Counted from the first letter of the stretch, positions 9,266-20,258 are shown. The stretch: DNA of 64,000 nucleotides from Saprospiraceae bacterium (GCA_015490715.1 WFXH01000106.1:2177-66176), one strand, 5' to 3'. A program made the numbers and translations. The notes: a model not told the origin generated them from the letters alone.

Positions 9266-9955
9266 TTACTGCACTTTTTCTGTGGTCGTGCCGACGACTT
9301 TGAAGCGCAGACCGATTTCGTCGTTGATGAATTTGTCTTTGAGGTTGTCAAAAAACTTTTTCGACTTGTATTTGATGCCGAATTCGGTTCGGTCGATGAT
9401 GAAGGGAAGGGATTCGATGGTACAAGTGCGGTCTTGACAGTGGAATTTGATTTTAAATTTAATCGGCTTGGAGATGCCTTTGACAATGAGTGTGCCCGTT
9501 ACTTCATGGGTTGCGCCGTCTTGATCGTTGTTAAGAGGGGTAATTTTATGGGTGATAAAGCTGGCTCGGGGGTATTTGTCGACTTCGAAGAAGTCTTCGC
9601 TGCGGAGGTGGTTTTCGAGTTTTGCTTTCCATTCGCCTTCGAGGTCGTGGTTTTCGATAGTGGTCATGTCGATGACCACTTTGCCGTTGACGAGTTGGCC
9701 GTTGAGGACGCCGAATTCTCCATCTTCGATTTTAACGATGCCGTTGTGCGTACCTGTGGGTTTGGACCCTTCCCAGTAGACAAGGCTTTGGGAGGTGTCG
9801 ATTTTATACGTTTGGACATCCTCCATTTTAATATGGGGGATGTTGCTCACGGCTTCATCTTTGGAGATATGTGCTTTTTCGCCTTTAGGTTTAGTGTCAC
9901 AGGCGAGCAGGGTAGCTGAGCTGAATGCGATAAAGAGCAGATGGTTTGCTTTCAT
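9266..9955 (-). CDS. YceI-family lipid/polyisoprenoid-binding lipoprotein
   Basis: Lipobox LLAC, WEGSKP..HNG, LENHLRSEDFFEVDKYP, IDRTEFGIKY. Confidence 0.92.
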   Translation of the reverse strand: MKANHLLFIAFSSATLLACDTKPKGEKAHISKDEAVSNIPHIKMEDVQTYKIDTSQSLVYWEGSKPTGTHNGIVKIEDGEFGVLNGQLVNGKVVIDMTTIENHDLEGEWKAKLENHLRSEDFFEVDKYPRASFITHKITPLNNDQDGATHEVTGTLIVKGISKPIKFKIKFHCQDRTCTIESLPFIIDRTEFGIKYKSKKFFDNLKDKFINDEIGLRFKVVGTTTEKVQ

Positions 9956-11124
9956 GTTGATGGCGTTTTGACGTTTTGTATTACTCCAGCATACAACGCC
10001 TCGTACTGGGGCAATATTTTATGGATGTGAAAGGCATCGGCACGCTTACGCGCATTGTAGGACATTTGATTGTACAGCTGAGCATCTTGGAGTAATTGCA
10101 GGGCGCGTTGGCACATGTGGTCGATGTGGCCGACATCGACGAGGAATCCCGATTTTTCGTCGTCGACGACTTCGGGCACGCCTCCTACGCGGGTGGCTAT
10201 GACGGGCACTCCCGAGGCCATGGCTTCGAGGAGCACCAGGCCAAAGCTCTCACTTTCGGAGGCATGGAGCATGAGATCGGATGCACTCAGTAGGGCATGG
10301 ATGGAGTCCATCTTGCCGAGGAAGTGCACGCGATGACAGATTTTGTATTCGCGGCATTTGTTTTCGAGGCTCAGGCGCGTGGGACCATCGCCGACGAGGA
10401 GAAGTACAGAGGGTATCGACTTTTGGATGCATACAAAGGCTTCGAGGACGTCTTCGACGCGTTTGAGCGGCCGAAAGTTGGAGATGTGGATGAGGATTCT
10501 TTCGCCGTTGGGGGCGAAGTGCTGGCGGATTTTGCGTACGATTTCGGGAGGGGGTGTTTGATGTCGGGAAGGCACGAAGTTGTAGATCACATCGATATGG
10601 CGTTGGATACCGAACTTTTGGATGGTTTCGCCTTTGAGGAAGTGGGACACGGCTGTGACGCGGTCGGAGTGCATGATGCCGAATTTTACGACGGGAAAAT
10701 AGGAGGGATCCTTGCCCGTGAGGGTGATGTCGGTGCCGTGTAGGGTGAGCACCACGGGCACATGACGCTTGTAGTCGCGCAGGATTTGTTTGGCTAAATA
10801 TCCTGCTGTGGCATGTGGAATGGCATAATGGACGTGAAAGAGGTCGAGCTTTTCATACAATCCGATGTCCACCATTTTACTGACCAGGGCTGATTCGTAA
10901 GGGGCATAGTCGAAGAGGGGATACGGGGCAGGTGTGACTTCGTGATAGTAGACGTTGAGGGCATCCGAGTTGAGTCGAGCGGGTCGGTCGTAGCTGATAA
11001 AATGTACAGCGTGGCCCTTTTCAGCAAGGGCGAGGCCGAGCTCGGTCGCAATGATGCCGCTACCTCCGTAAGTGGGATAACATACAATGCCGATTTTCAA
11101 GCCCTGTCGATTGGAGTTGTTCAT
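9952..11124 (-). CDS. bshA: N-acetyl-alpha-D-glucosaminyl L-malate synthase (GT4)
   Basis: [59 protein letters not shown]. Confidence 0.95.
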   Translation of the reverse strand: MNNSNRQGLKIGIVCYPTYGGSGIIATELGLALAEKGHAVHFISYDRPARLNSDALNVYYHEVTPAPYPLFDYAPYESALVSKMVDIGLYEKLDLFHVHYAIPHATAGYLAKQILRDYKRHVPVVLTLHGTDITLTGKDPSYFPVVKFGIMHSDRVTAVSHFLKGETIQKFGIQRHIDVIYNFVPSRHQTPPPEIVRKIRQHFAPNGERILIHISNFRPLKRVEDVLEAFVCIQKSIPSVLLLVGDGPTRLSLENKCREYKICHRVHFLGKMDSIHALLSASDLMLHASESESFGLVLLEAMASGVPVIATRVGGVPEVVDDEKSGFLVDVGHIDHMCQRALQLLQDAQLYNQMSYNARKRADAFHIHKILPQYEALYAGVIQNVKTPST

Positions 11125-11288
11125 AAATGCAAGAGCTTTGATGGTTGTCTATTATAACATTTATCGTTCAAAATGGGGGTACAAGTATCGACTGTTATCC
11201 GTTGTATAAAGTGAAATTAATACGACAGGGCCATTGAACATATTTTTTATCACGGTCTTTAAAGAGGTAGACGTCTTTTAGGGAGTGT

Positions 11289-12470
11289 ATGAAATGGCAG
11301 TTGGTGTATATCCGTACAGAGCCATCGTTGAAGGAAGAGATGGATCGTCTCCTTCGGGAGGGGCGTTATCCCCATGCGGTGATGTTTTACGGTCCGTCGG
11401 GGTCACCAAAGGTCCGCTTGGCCCTGGGGTGGGCAAGTGCATTGCTGTGTCTGGCGGCTGACCAGCGGCGTCCGTGTGGTCGGTGCCGATCCTGCCGACA
11501 AATGGAGCAGTTGATGCATCCTGATCTACACTGTGTAGTGCCGGTGCCATCGGGTTATGCCCGTGTGGGAGAAGTGTTGAAATGGTGGACAGAGAGCATT
11601 GTCGAACATCCCGAACTACAGCTCACAGAGTGGGTGGACATTCTTCAGTCGCGGGCAAGTAAGAAGAAAGATGCAGAAAGTGCCACCAGTCCTGTGTCAG
11701 GGGGTAGCCGGAGGGCGCGTGCCAACATTTCTGCGGAGGCGCTTCTCGATGCGATGGACAACATGTACCTCAAGAGCTATGAAGGTGGGGCAAAGGTGCT
11801 CTTTGTGTGGATGCCGGAATATTTAGGCAAGGAAGGCAATCGCTTGCTCAAGCTGGTCGAAGAGCCCCCCGACGATGCGTATATCGTCTTTGTAGCTGAA
11901 AAGCTCCATCCGATATTGCCTACACTGCTCTCAAGGGTGTGGAAATTTCGCGTTCCTCCCTATTCGAAGGAGGATTTACTGCATGTGCTGGAGGAGTCAT
12001 CGGTGGGCGTGGATCATTTCATGGATGTAGAAGGCTTTGACGGGAGGGATTACGAGGGGGTGCGCTATTTTATGCAAGGGGATCATCTGGAATACCTCGA
12101 GCGATGGATGGAGGGCATCATGAAGGGGGATCGCCTCTTGTGGCGCAAGGAGGCCGATGCCCTTCAAAGGCGCAGTACGGATGATATCCTTGCCCTGCTA
12201 AAAGGATGGCTCTTTGTGCTGCAAAAGGGGCTGGAATGGCGTGCCTCAAGCAAGGAAGGAGCGCATTTTCTCTTTAAAGAGCGGAATATAATTCGCAACT
12301 TTGCGGAAAAAGTACCACTTTCGGTGTTAGCAGGAATGCAAAGTGTACTCGAACAGTCCATTGCGGATATTCGGCGCAATGTACAGGTGCGATTGTGGTA
12401 CATGTATTTTAATCATGAAATGGAGGCCTTGTGGAAGAGTGCAAGGCGTCAAAAAATGATAGCTGAATGA
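11289..12470 (+). CDS. holB: DNA polymerase III delta' subunit
   Basis: HAVMFYGPSG, zinc motif C...PCGRCRSC, HPDLH, NRLLKLVEEPP, ILPTLLSR. Confidence 0.88.
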   Translation: MKWQLVYIRTEPSLKEEMDRLLREGRYPHAVMFYGPSGSPKVRLALGWASALLCLAADQRRPCGRCRSCRQMEQLMHPDLHCVVPVPSGYARVGEVLKWWTESIVEHPELQLTEWVDILQSRASKKKDAESATSPVSGGSRRARANISAEALLDAMDNMYLKSYEGGAKVLFVWMPEYLGKEGNRLLKLVEEPPDDAYIVFVAEKLHPILPTLLSRVWKFRVPPYSKEDLLHVLEESSVGVDHFMDVEGFDGRDYEGVRYFMQGDHLEYLERWMEGIMKGDRLLWRKEADALQRRSTDDILALLKGWLFVLQKGLEWRASSKEGAHFLFKERNIIRNFAEKVPLSVLAGMQSVLEQSIADIRRNVQVRLWYMYFNHEMEALWKSARRQKMIAE

Positions 12471-13708
12471 GACAGGACGTACAAGGAGATATATATCGAG
12501 TTGAAAAACGCGATGTGCGAAAGGGATGTGGTAAGTCGGGCATGTGCACAGTGCTCGGCTGCACGCGGCTGAGCACTGTCGATTGGTTGAGTTTGTTCGA
12601 CATCGAGGATCCCGAGCCCTTCGATTGCCACGAGGTGAGTTTTAAAAATGGAGCGACTAAGGGATTTTTTCGCAATGCCCGCAAGCTGGACATCTACACG
12701 GGCCAGTGGGTGGTGGTCGATACGGGCAATGGCAGAGATGTGGGCATAGTGACGCTGTCGGGTGAGCTTGCGCGATTGCAGATGAAAAAAAAGGGCATAG
12801 CCGAAGAGCATGTCGAGCACAACATCATACGTCACGCTACCGAGCAGGACTTACGGCGCATGGAAGAGGCGCGCCAGCGCGACAAGGAGGCGCTCATCAA
12901 GGCGCGCGTGATCATTCGCTCCTTAGGGCTGGACATGAGTTTGGGCGATGTGCAGTATCAGGCAGACTTGCGCAAGGCGACATTTTATTACACCGCTAAG
13001 GAGCGCGTCGACTTTCGAGAGCTGGTAAAAAAATTGGCTCGAGAATTTCGTATCAAGGTAGAGATGCGCCAGATTGGGGTGCGGCAGGAGTCGGCACGCA
13101 TCGGAGGCTTAGGGTCATGTGGGAGAGAGCTGTGTTGTTCGACGTGGTTGACCGAATTTAAGTCGGTGTCTACCTCAGCTGCGCGCTATCAAAATCTCGT
13201 CGTCAACCCCTCCAAACTCACAGGTCAATGTGGGAGGCTGAAGTGTTGTCTCAATTACGAACTCGATACTTATTTGGAAGCATTGCTCGACTTTCCCCTC
13301 AATGCGGAGGTGATTAAGCTCAAGGAGGGGCATGCGCGCTTGGTGAAGATGGACATTTTTAAAGGCTTGATGTACTATGTCAAGGAGATCGGCGATACGC
13401 GCAGCGTCATCACTCCGCTTACTAAGGAACAAGTACGCCAGTTGATCAAGCTCAACGAAGAGGGCATATTCCCGGCCGATTTGAAGGACGAGGCTAAGAC
13501 GAAAGCCGAAAGACAAGAAGGCAGGCCGAAGACCGCGTTGGATTCCCTTTCGACGGAATTTGTCTTGGAGCTCGATCAGCTCGAAAAGGAAACGCGTTCG
13601 CGTACGTCGAAAAAGTCGTCGGGTAAAAAGCAAGCTTCGGGGCAAGAGCAAAAGAAAAAGAGGCGTAGAAGACGCAAACCACCACATAACAAGACGAGAA
13701 AAAAATAG
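12467..13708 (+). CDS. ricT: PSP1/RicT (YaaT) domain protein with basic C-terminal tail
   Basis: FYYTAKERVDFRELVK, EMRQIGVRQE, GSCGRELCCSTW, GQCGRLKCCLNYE. ATGA overlap with holB. Confidence 0.92.
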   Translation: MRQDVQGDIYRVEKRDVRKGCGKSGMCTVLGCTRLSTVDWLSLFDIEDPEPFDCHEVSFKNGATKGFFRNARKLDIYTGQWVVVDTGNGRDVGIVTLSGELARLQMKKKGIAEEHVEHNIIRHATEQDLRRMEEARQRDKEALIKARVIIRSLGLDMSLGDVQYQADLRKATFYYTAKERVDFRELVKKLAREFRIKVEMRQIGVRQESARIGGLGSCGRELCCSTWLTEFKSVSTSAARYQNLVVNPSKLTGQCGRLKCCLNYELDTYLEALLDFPLNAEVIKLKEGHARLVKMDIFKGLMYYVKEIGDTRSVITPLTKEQVRQLIKLNEEGIFPADLKDEAKTKAERQEGRPKTALDSLSTEFVLELDQLEKETRSRTSKKSSGKKQASGQEQKKKRRRRRKPPHNKTRKK

Positions 13709-13711
13709 TCT

Positions 13712-16549
13712 ATGGAGACAAACTCTTTCGTGTGGAGGCATATCGGACCGAGGCCTTCAGATATTGCCTCCATGTTGGAAGCGTTGGGTTTAGATTCCTT
13801 GGAGGCTCTCGTCGACAAGATTGTGCCGGGGGATATTCGCTTGGAGCAGGCCATAGAGCTTCCGCCAGCCATGAGCGAGTGGGAGTTTGCCCATCACATA
13901 CGTAAGATAGCGGATAAGAATCGCGTGTTTCGTTCTTTTATCGGTCAGGGGTACTATCGCACCATTATGCCGGCGGTCATTCGGCGCAATGTGTTGGAAA
14001 ATCCGGCTTGGTATACGCCGTATACGCCCTATCAGGCGGAAATTGCGCAAGGTCGATTGGAGGCTATGTTGCTCTTTCAGACAGTAGTGTCGGAGCTGAC
14101 GGGCTTGCCGCTTGCCAATGCCTCTTTGCTCGATGAAGGCACGGCCGTTGCCGAAGCAGTATTGATGTGCCATCGTCTTGCGACGAAAAAGTATAGGAAA
14201 CAGCCCCGCAATAAGGTACTCATTGACGAGGGGCTCTTTGATCAGTCTTTTGAAGTGGTAAAGACGAGATGTCGGGCTTTGCAGATCGAATGGCAGTACA
14301 GTAACATCACTGAGGATCTCCTCGATGAGCGGTGTTTTGCTGTGGTATTGCAGTATCCCGACAAACACGGCAATGTGCGCAATTACGAAGGAATCATACG
14401 TGCAGCACAGGCCAAGGGTGTGTATGTGGTCGTAGCGGCAGATTTGTTGGCGTTGGCCCTGTTAGAGCCGCCTGGGGCATGGGGCGCGGACGTCGTGGTG
14501 GGATCTTCTCAGCGTTTTGGCATCCCGATGATGTACGGTGGGCCCCATGCGGCATATTTTGCCACTAAGATGGAATATAAGCGACAGGTGCCGGGGCGCA
14601 TCATTGGCGTTTCGGTCGACAAACACGGCAATCCCGCTTACCGCATGGCCCTTCAGACGCGCGAGCAGCACATCCGACGCGAAAGAGCCACCTCCAATAT
14701 TTGTACGGCTCAAGCCCTGCTGGCCACTCTGGCAGCTATGTATGCCGTCTATCACGGACCCCAGGGATTGACCAATATCGCTCGACGCATCCACGCGATG
14801 ACCGTAGCTCTGTATAAGACGTTGATCGCAAGGGGGCTGAAGGTCGTCAACCGCACATTCTTTGACACCCTCACGGTAGAAGTGTCCGATAGTGCGGTAG
14901 TGCAAAAGCGCTCTGCAGAACGAGAGCTCAATTTTTTCTATCGCGACGGCAAGGTTGTACTCAGTCTGGATGAATGCACGACAGCACAAGACCTGCGCGA
15001 TATCGTATGGTGCTTGACGGGTGAGGAAGCGACAGTAAATGTAGTCGACCATGCAATCGAAATTCCATCGGAATTGCAGCGTGAAGGGGGGTTTTTGCAT
15101 CAGGAGGTGTTTCATCGCTATCACTCCGAGACGGAGATGATGCGATTTATCAAGCAGCTCGAGACAAAGGATCTCTCGCTGGTGCATGCCATGATACCAC
15201 TGGGATCTTGTACGATGAAGCTCAATGCGGCTTCGGAGCTTACACCTATCAGCTGGGAGGAATTTGGCGAGATGCACCCGTTTGCGCCGCCTGAGCAGGC
15301 CGAAGGATATCTCCAGCTCATTGCTGCGTTGGAGGAATATCTGTGTCGCCTGACGGGATTGGATGCGTGCTCACTGCAGCCCAATTCGGGGGCGCAGGGC
15401 GAATATGCGGGATTGTTGGCGATAAAGCGGTACCATCACAGCCGGGGAGAAGGGCATAGAAATGTAGTGTTAATACCTCGCAGTGCCCATGGAACCAATC
15501 CTGCCAGCGCGGTCATGGCGGGATTGGAGGTGGTCTTTGTGGATTGCGATGAGAGAGGCAATATCGTCGTAGCCGATTTGGAGGCCAAGGCGGAAGAGCA
15601 TCGCGACTGCCTCGCGGCCCTAATGGTGACGTATCCCTCGACCTATGGAGTCTATGAGTCAGCTATCCGCCGGATTTGTGCCATCGTGCACGAACATGGA
15701 GGATTGGTCTATATGGACGGTGCCAACATGAATGCCCAGCTCGGCATCACTACACCAGCGAAGATTGGTGCTGATGTGTGTCATCTCAACCTCCACAAGA
15801 CCTTTGCCATACCGCATGGGGGAGGTGGGCCGGGTGTAGGGCCTATTTGTGTCAACAAAAAGTTGAAGCCCTTTTTACCGGGCCATATTTACGCTCCGAT
15901 GAAGGGAATGTCCAGGGAATGGGCTGTTTCGTCGGCGCCTTTTGGCAGTGCGGGTATCTTGCCGATCTCCTATGCTTTTATACGCCTGATGGGGGCAGAC
16001 GGTCTCAAATTAGCGGCGCAGGTGGCGATGCTCAACGCCAATTACATGAAGAAGCGGTTGGAAGAAGCCTTTCCCGTGCTGTTTGTCGGAGAAAACGACA
16101 TGGTGGCCCATGAATTCATCTTAGACCTTCGCCCTTACAAAGACATCGTGCATGTCGAAGATGTGGCCAAGCGCTTGATGGATTATTCCTTTCACGCTCC
16201 GACGATATCCTTTCCCGTTGCCAATACCTTTATGATTGAGCCGACGGAGAGTGAGAGCAAGGCGGAAATTGACCGCTTCTGCGATGCCATGCTTCAAATC
16301 AAGGAGGAAATTTTAAAAATTGTGCGTGGGGAGTACGATGCAAGAGACAATCCGATCCATCAAGCGCCCCATACGCTGCAAGAAATTGCCTCTGACGAGT
16401 GGTCTCACCGTTACACTCGTCGGGAAGCGGCGTATCCCATGGAGGAGTTGAAACACCGCAAGTTTTGGCCATCGGTGGGACGCATCGACAATGCCTACGG
16501 TGATCGGCATCTTCAGCCGAGTTGTGGACTGCAGGAGTTATGCGTTTGA
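13712..16549 (+). CDS. gcvP: Glycine dehydrogenase (decarboxylating), glycine cleavage P protein
   Basis: YTPYQAEIAQGRLE, REQHIRRERATSNICTAQ, IPLGSCTMKLN, HLNLHKTF (PLP lysine), PHGGGGPG. Confidence 0.98.
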   Translation: METNSFVWRHIGPRPSDIASMLEALGLDSLEALVDKIVPGDIRLEQAIELPPAMSEWEFAHHIRKIADKNRVFRSFIGQGYYRTIMPAVIRRNVLENPAWYTPYTPYQAEIAQGRLEAMLLFQTVVSELTGLPLANASLLDEGTAVAEAVLMCHRLATKKYRKQPRNKVLIDEGLFDQSFEVVKTRCRALQIEWQYSNITEDLLDERCFAVVLQYPDKHGNVRNYEGIIRAAQAKGVYVVVAADLLALALLEPPGAWGADVVVGSSQRFGIPMMYGGPHAAYFATKMEYKRQVPGRIIGVSVDKHGNPAYRMALQTREQHIRRERATSNICTAQALLATLAAMYAVYHGPQGLTNIARRIHAMTVALYKTLIARGLKVVNRTFFDTLTVEVSDSAVVQKRSAERELNFFYRDGKVVLSLDECTTAQDLRDIVWCLTGEEATVNVVDHAIEIPSELQREGGFLHQEVFHRYHSETEMMRFIKQLETKDLSLVHAMIPLGSCTMKLNAASELTPISWEEFGEMHPFAPPEQAEGYLQLIAALEEYLCRLTGLDACSLQPNSGAQGEYAGLLAIKRYHHSRGEGHRNVVLIPRSAHGTNPASAVMAGLEVVFVDCDERGNIVVADLEAKAEEHRDCLAALMVTYPSTYGVYESAIRRICAIVHEHGGLVYMDGANMNAQLGITTPAKIGADVCHLNLHKTFAIPHGGGGPGVGPICVNKKLKPFLPGHIYAPMKGMSREWAVSSAPFGSAGILPISYAFIRLMGADGLKLAAQVAMLNANYMKKRLEEAFPVLFVGENDMVAHEFILDLRPYKDIVHVEDVAKRLMDYSFHAPTISFPVANTFMIEPTESESKAEIDRFCDAMLQIKEEILKIVRGEYDARDNPIHQAPHTLQEIASDEWSHRYTRREAAYPMEELKHRKFWPSVGRIDNAYGDRHLQPSCGLQELCV

Positions 16550-16558
16550 TGAAGTGTC

Positions 16559-17539
16559 ATGACTGGCCAGGTTGTCGTCACCGGTGCAGCGGGATTTATC
16601 GGGAGCTGTTTGATCGCGCATCTCAACCGACATTTTCCTCAGCTCGACATTATTGCGGTTGATGATTTTCGGCGCCCTGATAAATCAGCCAATTATCGCA
16701 ACGCTCGCGTACTGCGTTTTATACCGCGACAACAATTTTATACCCACCTTCCCGACGGGAAGGGTATTGTAGGTGTCTTTCATCTGGGAGCGCGTACCGA
16801 TACGATGGAGCGCGATTGGAAGCTCCTCAGCCGGCTCAATCTCGAACCGTCAAAGGTGTTGTGGAGCTGGTGCGCACGGCATTCGATACCTTTGGTGTAC
16901 GCATCGAGTGCAGCGACCTACGGAGATGGTCGATGGGGCTTTGTCGATCGGCACGATATTGTCGCTGCACTCCAACCACTCAATGCATATGGAAAGAGCA
17001 AAAACGAATTTGACAAGTGGGCATTGCAGCAAGCCGAGGCCCCTCCCCATTGGTATGGGGTAAAATTTTTCAACGTCTTTGGCCCTAACGAATACCACAA
17101 GGGCCGGATGGCTTCGGTGGTGTGGCATGGCTTTCAACAAATACGGCGCGATGGGGTGTTGCGCCTATTTAAGAGCTATCGCTCGGACTATGCCGATGGC
17201 GAGCAATGTCGGGATTTTATCTACGTACGCGATGCCCTGCGGATCATCATTCACCTCTGGCAGATGCGGCCGGCAAGTGGACTGTACAATGCAGGCACAG
17301 GCAAGTCGGAGACCTTCAATGCATTGGGAGAGGCCCTCTTTGAAGCGATGGGTGTACCTCCACGCATAGAATATATCGACATGCCTGTGGATGTACGACA
17401 GCATTATCAGTACTATACGCGAGCTGATATGACAAAGCTCGGACAAACGGGGTTTGACCTCACTGGTATGATGAGCCTTCGCGAGGCTGTGCGGGAGTAC
17501 GTTCGAGCATACCTCTTGCGTAGAAGACATTTTTCATAG
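16559..17539 (+). CDS. hldD: ADP-L-glycero-D-manno-heptose 6-epimerase family
   Basis: VTGAAGFIGS, YASSAATYG, PLNAYGKSK, FNVFGPNEYHKGRMASV, YQYYTRAD. Confidence 0.9.
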   Translation: MTGQVVVTGAAGFIGSCLIAHLNRHFPQLDIIAVDDFRRPDKSANYRNARVLRFIPRQQFYTHLPDGKGIVGVFHLGARTDTMERDWKLLSRLNLEPSKVLWSWCARHSIPLVYASSAATYGDGRWGFVDRHDIVAALQPLNAYGKSKNEFDKWALQQAEAPPHWYGVKFFNVFGPNEYHKGRMASVVWHGFQQIRRDGVLRLFKSYRSDYADGEQCRDFIYVRDALRIIIHLWQMRPASGLYNAGTGKSETFNALGEALFEAMGVPPRIEYIDMPVDVRQHYQYYTRADMTKLGQTGFDLTGMMSLREAVREYVRAYLLRRRHFS

Positions 17540-17625
17540 AAGATTTCGCTGCTGGCGAGACGGACAGAGTAAGAGATGTGGGAATCCGCTGAAAGTATTA
17601 ACTTTCGGATAGGAAATGTGGACGG

Positions 17626-18426
17626 ATGAAGATTGTTTTTCCCACGGACTTTTCGGATGCTGCGCTACACGCATTTAGTTATGTGCGGGAACTCGCTGAG
17701 GAGCTCAATGCGGTCGTATCCTTAGTGCATGTGTACGACATGCCGGTGCTGCAGGGGGATTCGGATTTTCTCAATTTGGAGGAGCTCTTAGAAGAGCGTC
17801 GTCAGAAGGCGGAGATGAACTTAAAGGCATTGGCGGGGCTTTTGCCCTTTCACAGGGTGGGGGAGATGCAAGCGGTGTTTGGCATGTTTGTGCCCGATGA
17901 GATCGTCGCATTTGCTGAGCAGGTGCGAGCGGATATGATCGCCATGGGTGCCAAGGGCGAACACTCGCTCATCGAAAAAATTTTGGGTAGCGTGACGACG
18001 CACACGATGTTGAAGTCGCCTGTTCCGGTGTTGTCCATACCCCACGAGGCGGAGTACCGCGGTGTGCGGCGCATTGCCTATGCTACGGATTTGCATCCGC
18101 ACTCGTGGGTGCCGCTGGGATTTCTCAAGCAGATCGCCCAAAAGCTCAATGCGGAGATACGCGTCGTGCACGTGCGCACGCCGGATTATCCATCGGATGA
18201 GGCCATGCTCGAAGTGCCGGCCAGTGGGGATGAAGCGGTGCAGATGGATATCATCGAGCATGAAGATGTGGAGTGCGCGCTCAACGATTACATACAAAGG
18301 GAGCAGATCGACTGGCTGGGGATGTTTATACCGCGCAGGCGATTATGGGAGCGCTTGTTCCACCGGTCGCTGTCGAAGCGCATGTTTTTTCATTCGTCGG
18401 TTCCACTCCTGACGTTTCGTGGATAG
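17626..18426 (+). CDS. Universal stress protein (tandem USP domains)
   Basis: KIVFPTDFSDAA, MGAKG......ILGSVT, second domain IAYATD...VPLL. Confidence 0.92.
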   Translation: MKIVFPTDFSDAALHAFSYVRELAEELNAVVSLVHVYDMPVLQGDSDFLNLEELLEERRQKAEMNLKALAGLLPFHRVGEMQAVFGMFVPDEIVAFAEQVRADMIAMGAKGEHSLIEKILGSVTTHTMLKSPVPVLSIPHEAEYRGVRRIAYATDLHPHSWVPLGFLKQIAQKLNAEIRVVHVRTPDYPSDEAMLEVPASGDEAVQMDIIEHEDVECALNDYIQREQIDWLGMFIPRRRLWERLFHRSLSKRMFFHSSVPLLTFRG

Positions 18427-18432
18427 AGGAGT

Positions 18433-20244
18433 TTATTTGAGCTCCTGAAGTTGGACGAGTTTGCGGTAGAGGCCGTCCTTTTGTTGAAGGAGTTGGTCGT
18501 GGGTGCCGCTTTCGACGATTTTTCCCTTGTCGAGGACGACGATGGTGTCTGCGTCGCGGATGCTGGCCAGTCGGTGTGCAATGATGATCGAGGTGCGCTG
18601 ATGCATGATATTTTGCAGCGCCTGGCGGACGATTTGTTCGGATTCTGCATCGAGCGACGAAGTGGCTTCGTCGAGGATGAGTAGTTCGGGATTTTTGAGT
18701 ATGGCACGTGCGATAGTGATGCGTTGGCGTTGACCGCCGGAGAGTTTTGTGCCGCGATCACCGACAACGGTTTCATACCCCTTGTCAAGTTGGCTTATGA
18801 AATCGTGGGCGTGTGCAGCTTTGGCTGCAGCCATCACTTCGTGCATGTCTGTCGGACGGCCAAAGGCGATGTTGGCATAGACGGTATCGTTGAGTAGGAT
18901 GGGCTCTTGACTCACCAGGCCGATGAGTTTGCGGAGATCGCTTCGTCGGATCTGGCGCAAATCGGTGTCGTCGATGTAAATAGCGCCCTGGGTGGGATAG
19001 TAAAACTTGAGGAGGAGGTTGATGAGTGTCGTCTTGCCGGAGCCCGAGCTACCCACAATGGCAATTCGCTGACCTTTTTGGATGGTGAGGTCGATCTGAT
19101 GAAGGGCCTCGGCATCGGTATCGGGATATTGAAAACGCACTCCTTTGAAGGAGATAGTGCGGTGAAAGCCGCGAAAGGGCACCGTGTCGGTATCGTCGCG
19201 CTCTTCGGGGAGTCGATAGATTTCTTCGATACGTCGGTAGGCTGCGATGCCCTTTTGCAGAGAGTAATAGGCTGTGGCGAAAGACTTGGAAGGGCTGATG
19301 ACGTTGTAGAAAGCAAACAAAAAGGCGAAAAAGGCGCCGGGCGACATCTGCCCGTTGAAAACCAACTGGGAACCGTAGGCAATGAGCAAGGCCACCACTA
19401 CGATTCCCGAAAATTCCGACAGGGGCGAGGAGAGGTCTTTTTTCCGGAGCACGGACTTGAGACGTTGGCGATAGAGGGTGTTCCATCGGTCAAAGATGCG
19501 TTTGAGATAGTTCTCGGCGCCAAAGGCGCGGACTACCTGAATGCCCGTGATAGTCTCGTCGGTGATGGCGCTTATCTGGCCGAGCGCCTCCTGGATGTCG
19601 CGGGATTGGCGCTTCAATTTGGCCGAGATTCGGTTCATGATCAGGGAGATGAGCATGATCAACACGAGCACAAACAAGCTCAGCTGCCAGCTGAGCAGAA
19701 ACATGAACAAGAGGCTGCCGAGAAGGACCAGGGGTTCGCGAAAGAGAATTTCGATCACGTTGATGATGCTCCACTCCACCTCGTGGACATCGCTGGTGAT
19801 GCGCGATATAAAATCGCCCTTTTTTCGGTCGGCGAATTGGTAGAGGGGAAGGAGGAGCAATTTGTCGTACAGTCTGCGTCGTAGATCGTACAAGATACCG
19901 CTGCGCACAGGAGCCATGAGATAGAGCGATAAGTAGCGGAAGAAATTTTTGAGGAAAAAACTAAGTACGATGAAGAGGACGATCCACCAGATGGCTACAG
20001 AGGGCGGGTACTGCTGTAAGAATCGGTCGAGCTGATAGAGCAGGTGTTGGAGTGCATTAGAAAACTGCAGGGGTTCGGTGGGCGGGGAGACAGCTTCCTT
20101 ACGCGTTTGAAACAGCCCTTCCATCAGTGGGATGAAGAGGGGGATGTTGATGACCATGAAGAAGGCCATCAGAACATTGGCGAGGATGGCGAGCAATACC
20201 TTTTTGGCATAAGGGCGAAGCAGTGTGATGAGCGTGCGCCACAT
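18433..20244 (-). CDS. ABC transporter, fused permease/ATPase (MsbA-like)
   Basis: TM domain, Walker A GSSGSGKT, LSGGQRQR signature, ILDEATSSLD. Confidence 0.93.
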   Translation of the reverse strand: MWRTLITLLRPYAKKVLLAILANVLMAFFMVINIPLFIPLMEGLFQTRKEAVSPPTEPLQFSNALQHLLYQLDRFLQQYPPSVAIWWIVLFIVLSFFLKNFFRYLSLYLMAPVRSGILYDLRRRLYDKLLLLPLYQFADRKKGDFISRITSDVHEVEWSIINVIEILFREPLVLLGSLLFMFLLSWQLSLFVLVLIMLISLIMNRISAKLKRQSRDIQEALGQISAITDETITGIQVVRAFGAENYLKRIFDRWNTLYRQRLKSVLRKKDLSSPLSEFSGIVVVALLIAYGSQLVFNGQMSPGAFFAFLFAFYNVISPSKSFATAYYSLQKGIAAYRRIEEIYRLPEERDDTDTVPFRGFHRTISFKGVRFQYPDTDAEALHQIDLTIQKGQRIAIVGSSGSGKTTLINLLLKFYYPTQGAIYIDDTDLRQIRRSDLRKLIGLVSQEPILLNDTVYANIAFGRPTDMHEVMAAAKAAHAHDFISQLDKGYETVVGDRGTKLSGGQRQRITIARAILKNPELLILDEATSSLDAESEQIVRQALQNIMHQRTSIIIAHRLASIRDADTIVVLDKGKIVESGTHDQLLQQKDGLYRKLVQLQELK

Positions 20245-20258
20245 CCCGGATATGCGGT

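Noticed and set aside
18907..19884. Long antisense ORFs (325 aa here; also 9263-9919, 29037-29750, 31782-32753, 55544-56407, 57742-58512, 61907-62560)
   Set aside because: Each lies opposite a well-supported gene, and biased codon use suppresses stops on the antisense strand. The translations have no recognisable motifs.
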